IMG/VR virus record: IMGVR_UViG_3300042368_001196
Direction: 5' to 3' (one strand)
Length of the DNA: 20,000 bases
Source of the DNA: an uncultured virus (IMG/VR IMGVR_UViG_3300042368_001196)
Taxonomy: Duplodnaviria; Heunggongvirae; Uroviricota; Caudoviricetes
In this document: positions 16,120 through 20,000 of the stretch, piece after piece
How positions within the stretch are numbered: position 1 is the first letter of the stretch
How the letters are laid out: each line of letters starts with the position of its first letter
Made by a program: the position numbers and the translations under genes
Notes under the pieces: generated by a model
Seen by the model: the letters and a program-made list of their open reading frames with translations, nothing else
The model's database searches: none
What the model was told of the DNA's origin: nothing

Positions 16120-17792
16120 GCCTCCTTTCCACTTTCTACCCAGAACCCGTAGACGCCGCCGCGCTCGGACTCGGCACCGCGAACAATGTCACGTTTGCCT
16201 CGATCCAGAATACGCCGATTGGGAACACCACAGCATCGACCGTTGCGGCCACGAATCTCTCGGCCAGCGGCACGGTGAGCGGGACGGGGTTTAGCGATTA
16301 TCTCGCCGCCCCGCCCGCCATCGGCAACACCACGCCCGCCGCAGGCAGATTCACCACGCTCACCGCCAACACCGGCACGCTCACGGCGTCCGCGCCTGTG
16401 CTGGATCTGGCGCAGACTTGGAATAATGCGGCGGTTTCATTCGTCGGTCTACGCTTCAATATTACCAATACGGCAAGCGCGTCGACTTCAAATACGCTTG
16501 TGCTGCAAAACAACGGAACCGATGTGTTTTTTGTTCGTAGAACAGGAGCGGTAATTGCGGATTCTTTCACGGCAACTTCTGGTGGTGCGTTTCGCTTTCT
16601 TGCAAATGCTTCCACGATGTTTTTGCAAAGAGACTATGTAATTTCATGGACAAACGATGCAACGGCGGCAACTAATTCTGTTACAAACGACCTAATACTT
16701 CGCCGCGACGCCGCAGCAACCCTTGGTCAGCGTGATGGCAGTAATCCGCAAGCGTATAACATCTACAACACCTTCACCTCCTCCACGAACCACGAACGCG
16801 GCTTCCTCAAGTGGAGCAGTAACGTGTTTCAGATCGGCACGGAGAAGGGATCTGGCGGCGGGACGGCGAGGGAACTTCGTTTTGTCACTGATGGCACAGA
16901 GCAGCTAATCGTTGATACAAGTGGGCATCTTTCACCAATCAGCTCAAACAGCCGCGACCTTGGCACAAGTTCCGTCCGTTTTCGCTGGGGTTATTTCTTC
17001 ACTGGAATTGCTTTGGGGGCAACATCTACGGGAATTGGCAGCAGTGGCGATGGGCTAATACAGCTTCGCAACAACAACAACCAAGACTTCAACCGCCTCC
17101 AATTCGGCGGCACAACCAGCAGCTTCCCCGCGCTGAAGCGCAGCAGCGCAACGCTGCAAGTGCGGCTCGCGGATGATTCGGCGGATGCTGCGTTGAGCGC
17201 ATCATTGTTCAGTGTTGGTAGCGGGGCGTTCGATGGCGTCATTGGAAGGCCAAATGCAGGCGTGATTGGCTTTGCCAGAGCAGACGGAGCAACGACCTAC
17301 ATAGCAGCAATGGGATTCGATGGAACGGAACGCGCACTTGTAATGAACAGCGCGGCAATAATCGGATGGTCAAGCGGCAATGCGACAAGTGTTGCTTCAG
17401 CCGACACTCGGCTATTCCGTGATGCGGCAAATATTATTGCTCAACGTAATACTACCAACGCCCAAGCCTTCCGCCTCTACAACACCGTCAGTGGCACAGG
17501 AAACGTCAACTTCGACCGCGTCAATTTCCGCTGGGCCAGCAACGAATTTATCATCGACGCCGAAGCAGGCGGCACAGGAACCCTGCGCGGCATCAAGATC
17601 GGCAGCGCGACTTCCTCGCTGCTTGGCTTCTACGGCGCAACGCCAGTGGATCGTCCCAATGATGTTGTGATGTCGTGGGCAAGCGACGGATCAATGGGAG
17701 ATGTGAATGACGCTCAAGACCTTGAGGCAAGAACAGCATTGTTTGAAATACGCGCCCGCCTCCGTGAATTAGGACTAATGGCTGCAACGTAA
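16116..17792 (+). CDS. Tail fibre/spike protein with internal duplication
   Basis: 558 aa, rich in S/T/A/G/N and beta-strand-like. Contains IGNTT repeats, P.SSNSRDLGTSS.R, a duplicated ~65-aa module and C-terminal LGFYGATPV...LRELGLM. Confidence 0.8.
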   Translation: MSLLSTFYPEPVDAAALGLGTANNVTFASIQNTPIGNTTASTVAATNLSASGTVSGTGFSDYLAAPPAIGNTTPAAGRFTTLTANTGTLTASAPVLDLAQTWNNAAVSFVGLRFNITNTASASTSNTLVLQNNGTDVFFVRRTGAVIADSFTATSGGAFRFLANASTMFLQRDYVISWTNDATAATNSVTNDLILRRDAAATLGQRDGSNPQAYNIYNTFTSSTNHERGFLKWSSNVFQIGTEKGSGGGTARELRFVTDGTEQLIVDTSGHLSPISSNSRDLGTSSVRFRWGYFFTGIALGATSTGIGSSGDGLIQLRNNNNQDFNRLQFGGTTSSFPALKRSSATLQVRLADDSADAALSASLFSVGSGAFDGVIGRPNAGVIGFARADGATTYIAAMGFDGTERALVMNSAAIIGWSSGNATSVASADTRLFRDAANIIAQRNTTNAQAFRLYNTVSGTGNVNFDRVNFRWASNEFIIDAEAGGTGTLRGIKIGSATSSLLGFYGATPVDRPNDVVMSWASDGSMGDVNDAQDLEARTALFEIRARLRELGLMAAT

Positions 17793-17795
17793 TTT

Positions 17796-18104
17796 ATGAT
17801 AACCAACCCAACACCCATAACCGTCGAACCCATCCCTGCGAAGGTGTTCGATAAACTCCATGTCTATACGCTCTCGGCTATTCAGCCGACAACGGATAGT
17901 GGATCAATCACCGTCGAGTTGCTCCCTGCAACCGCAGACGGCGAACTCGCCAACGGAAGCCTCGTCCAAAAGATCACCGCGCCGTTAACGCCCGAAATCA
18001 TGCAGGCAGTCCCCGAACTCGCCGCCGCGTTTGAGGCAGTGTTGGCAGCGATTCCCGCGACCCAAGCCTACTTGGCCAGCCAGCAGGAGGTTCCCAATGA
18101 GTAA
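17796..18104 (+). CDS. Hypothetical protein (tail-associated)
   Basis: 102-aa ORF tightly packed after the fibre gene. Confidence 0.7.
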   Translation: MITNPTPITVEPIPAKVFDKLHVYTLSAIQPTTDSGSITVELLPATADGELANGSLVQKITAPLTPEIMQAVPELAAAFEAVLAAIPATQAYLASQQEVPNE

Positions 18105-18267
18105 GACCGTCACACTCACCGAGGCGGAAGCGAAGGTAGTCATGCAGTGCCTCGACATTGCGACCAAGGCGGGCGGCTTGAATGCAGCAGCGGGCATCTT
18201 GCCGGTGGCGATGAGTATCGAAAAACAAATCACCGCGGCCGAGGAGCCTCAGTTGCAGGAGTCTTGA
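18097..18267 (+). CDS. Hypothetical 56-aa protein
   Basis: MSKTVTLTEAEAKVVMQCLDIATKAGGL...; AGGAGG at 18085-18090 precedes the ATG at 18097. Confidence 0.75.
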   Translation: MSKTVTLTEAEAKVVMQCLDIATKAGGLNAAAGILPVAMSIEKQITAAEEPQLQES

Positions 18268-18357
18268 TCCGGAAGCATATTAACAATGAATGTCTCCGAC
18301 CCGCTCAACATGTTGGCCCCCGACGGTTCTCGCCGACGGAAGGAAGAATCTCTGTCG

Positions 18358-18573
18358 ATGAGCTTCGATGGTGAAAGACTGGCGCGGCTGGAGACCAAGG
18401 TCGACCTGATCTTGGAGCACCAGGAGTCCTTCCGGAGATCGTTCGAAAAACATGACGATCGGCTCAAGCACTTGGAGAATACCAAGTCGACGATCTACGG
18501 GATCGCTGCCGCGATCGGGGCGCTCTCGGCTTTCTTGATGGACGGGTTGCGGGCGGCAATTTTGCAACGATAG
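18358..18573 (+). CDS. Coiled-coil plus C-terminal TM protein (XhlA/holin-like)
   Basis: ERLARLETKVD...DDRLKHLE followed by hydrophobic IYGIAAAIGALSAFLM. An alternative start is at 18286. Confidence 0.65.
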   Translation: MSFDGERLARLETKVDLILEHQESFRRSFEKHDDRLKHLENTKSTIYGIAAAIGALSAFLMDGLRAAILQR

Positions 18574-18593
18574 TAATAACCACACAACATATT

Positions 18594-18770
18594 ATGGACA
18601 TCACCAACATCATCCAAGTGGTCAGTTCCCTGAACTGGCTGGAAATCCTCGGAGCGGCCTACGGCCTCATCCTCGCCTTGATCGCGATCTTCGCGCTCAT
18701 CCCCGGCGAGCAGCCGGAGAAGACGCTCAAGGCGATCGCCAACATCGTCGCGAAGTTCTCCCGCAAATGA
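18594..18770 (+). CDS. 58-aa membrane protein, holin or i-spanin candidate (absent from ORF track)
   Basis: MDITNIIQVVSSLNWLEILGAAYGLILALIAIFALIPGEQPEKTLKAIANIVAKFSRK*: one TM segment and a basic amphipathic C-terminus. Confidence 0.75.
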   Translation: MDITNIIQVVSSLNWLEILGAAYGLILALIAIFALIPGEQPEKTLKAIANIVAKFSRK

Positions 18771-18910
18771 AATACGCGGTCGCGGCGGTGGCGTTTTTTC
18801 TCACCGGCTGCGTGACCCCGAAAATCGGGTTCGGCTACGACTTCCTCAATCAAAGGGTGACGGTCTCGGTCGAGCCGGGCGACGGGAAAAAAGTGGTCAA
18901 GCCTGAGTGA
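18767..18910 (+). CDS. 47-aa lipoprotein, o-spanin candidate (absent from ORF track)
   Basis: MKYAVAAVAFFLTG|CVTPKIGFGYDFLNQRVTVSVEPGDGKKVVKPE*: LTGC lipobox, with ATGA and GTGA overlaps on the two sides. Confidence 0.75.
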   Translation: MKYAVAAVAFFLTGCVTPKIGFGYDFLNQRVTVSVEPGDGKKVVKPE

Positions 18911-19488
18911 ACCAAACCCAGATCAAGATCATCCAAGAGACGGTCGGCACCGAGCCCGATGGGTTCTTCGGGCCGCAGTCGATCGCCGCGACCCAGCGTT
19001 ATCTGCGGGCGATGATGCCGAAGCCGAACCCTTGGCCGAAGCAGGATCAGAAAAGTCTCACCGCGTTCTACGGTGCGGCCGGCAAGGTCTCAGTCGTCCA
19101 GATCCCGGTGCCTTACAAGATGTATCTCTACAACGGACCTAAGACGGTCCGCTCGATCGGAGTCCACGAGAAGCTGGCCCCGAGCTTGGAGCGCATCCTC
19201 AAGGAACTAGGTAAACGCTACAAGACCGACGAAGCCCGGAGCGAGGCGGGGATCAACAAATTCTACGGAGTCTACGCCAACCGCAAGATGCGCGGCGGCA
19301 GTCTCCCGAGCCTCCACGCACGGGCGGCGGCGATTGATTTCGATGCGCCCCGCAACGGGCTCCACACCCACTGGCCGACACGGGCGCACATGCCGCTCGA
19401 TGTCATGGAGATCTTTGCACGGGAAGGGTGGCTCGCGGCAGGGGCTTTCTGGAGCCGCGATTCGATGCACATGCAGGCCACGCAGTAA
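18907..19488 (+). CDS. Endolysin: peptidoglycan-binding domain plus M15-family Zn peptidase
   Basis: N-terminal IQETVGTEPDGFFGPQS (DG..G PG-binding motif); R...SLHARAAAIDFD (SxHxxxxAxD) and DSMH. Confidence 0.9.
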   Translation: MNQTQIKIIQETVGTEPDGFFGPQSIAATQRYLRAMMPKPNPWPKQDQKSLTAFYGAAGKVSVVQIPVPYKMYLYNGPKTVRSIGVHEKLAPSLERILKELGKRYKTDEARSEAGINKFYGVYANRKMRGGSLPSLHARAAAIDFDAPRNGLHTHWPTRAHMPLDVMEIFAREGWLAAGAFWSRDSMHMQATQ

Positions 19489-19506
19489 TAACCCCGCAAC
19501 TACTTT

Positions 19507-19794
19507 ATGAAACACAACCTAAACTCCTTCCGCCGCAACGAGCATCTCCAAGGCGGACTCGCCGAAGTGCTGCGCCATCCCTCGATGCAAGCCGCCCTCG
19601 ATGTGCTCCGCGATCTAGGAGAACCGACCGAGATGCCGGTGCCGAGTGATGTCGACTTTCTAATTTTCAACGCCCTGCAAAACGCCCGCCGCGAGGGCTT
19701 CTTCCACGCGCTGCGTTCCCTCGAAGCCTTGGCGACCCCGATCAAGGTCGTCCCGTCCACCAAGGATCTGATGCCGAACTTGGTCGACGAATAA
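19507..19794 (+). CDS. Hypothetical protein
   Basis: 95-aa helical ORF with an A/C-rich leader, 3 bp before the next gene. Confidence 0.75.
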   Translation: MKHNLNSFRRNEHLQGGLAEVLRHPSMQAALDVLRDLGEPTEMPVPSDVDFLIFNALQNARREGFFHALRSLEALATPIKVVPSTKDLMPNLVDE

Positions 19795-19797
19795 TTT

Positions 19798-20000
19798 ATG
19801 GCAGAAACCAATACGCCGAGTAACCCGTCCGCCCCGGCGTCGGACAACCAACCAACCACCACTCCGGAACTTTCCGAAGCCGGTGGCACTATGACTTTCG
19901 ACGCGGCTCGTTCGCTGTCGGAAGCCTTCAACTCGATCGGCAAAGAGCCCACCGCTCCCACGCCCGAGGCACCCAAGGCGGAAGCCCCCAAGGCTCCCGA
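19798..20000 (+). CDS. Probable capsid scaffold protein, N-terminus only (truncated; absent from ORF track)
   Basis: MAETNTPSNPSAPASDNQPTTTPELSEAGGTMTFDAARSLSEAFNSIGKEPTAPTPEAPKAEAPKAP... stays open to the window end. It is P/A/E/T-rich and disordered. The scaffold call is an inference. Confidence 0.55.
   Translation, partial: MAETNTPSNPSAPASDNQPTTTPELSEAGGTMTFDAARSLSEAFNSIGKEPTAPTPEAPKAEAPKAP

Noticed and set aside
19966..19995. Imperfect 15-bp tandem repeat (EAPKA x2)
   Set aside because: It is ordinary low-complexity coding sequence, truncated by the window edge.

Overview
This is a 20-kb segment of a temperate tailed dsDNA phage, apparently in its excised or free form. The left arm (minus strand, 1-5876) carries a tyrosine integrase, three ribbon-helix-helix (RHH) regulators, an excisionase-like HTH protein and a Holliday-junction-resolvase-like nuclease. 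It also carries an in-frame fusion of an SF2 helicase with a Cas4-like (DUF2800-type) nuclease, and a truncated SSB-like gene. A small signal-peptide gene lies antisense within this arm. The two arms diverge at a probable attP: a 21-bp copy of a tRNA-Pro 3' end flanked by inverted arm-type repeats. The right arm (plus strand) runs: large terminase; a cassette of HExxH protein, GT9 glycosyltransferase, PD-(D/E)xK nuclease and GT-A-like protein; portal; small HNH; mosaic tail-fibre genes; a four-gene lysis cassette; and the start of a probable scaffold gene. Five genes absent from the ORF track were read by hand (1-540, 4009-4182, 18594-18770, 18767-18910, 19798-end). A co-oriented GTAATAAC motif marks many gene junctions. 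The integrase type and the scarcity of Shine-Dalgarno sites suggest a Verrucomicrobia-like host, which is an inference. All family calls come from motif recognition by eye; no searches were run.
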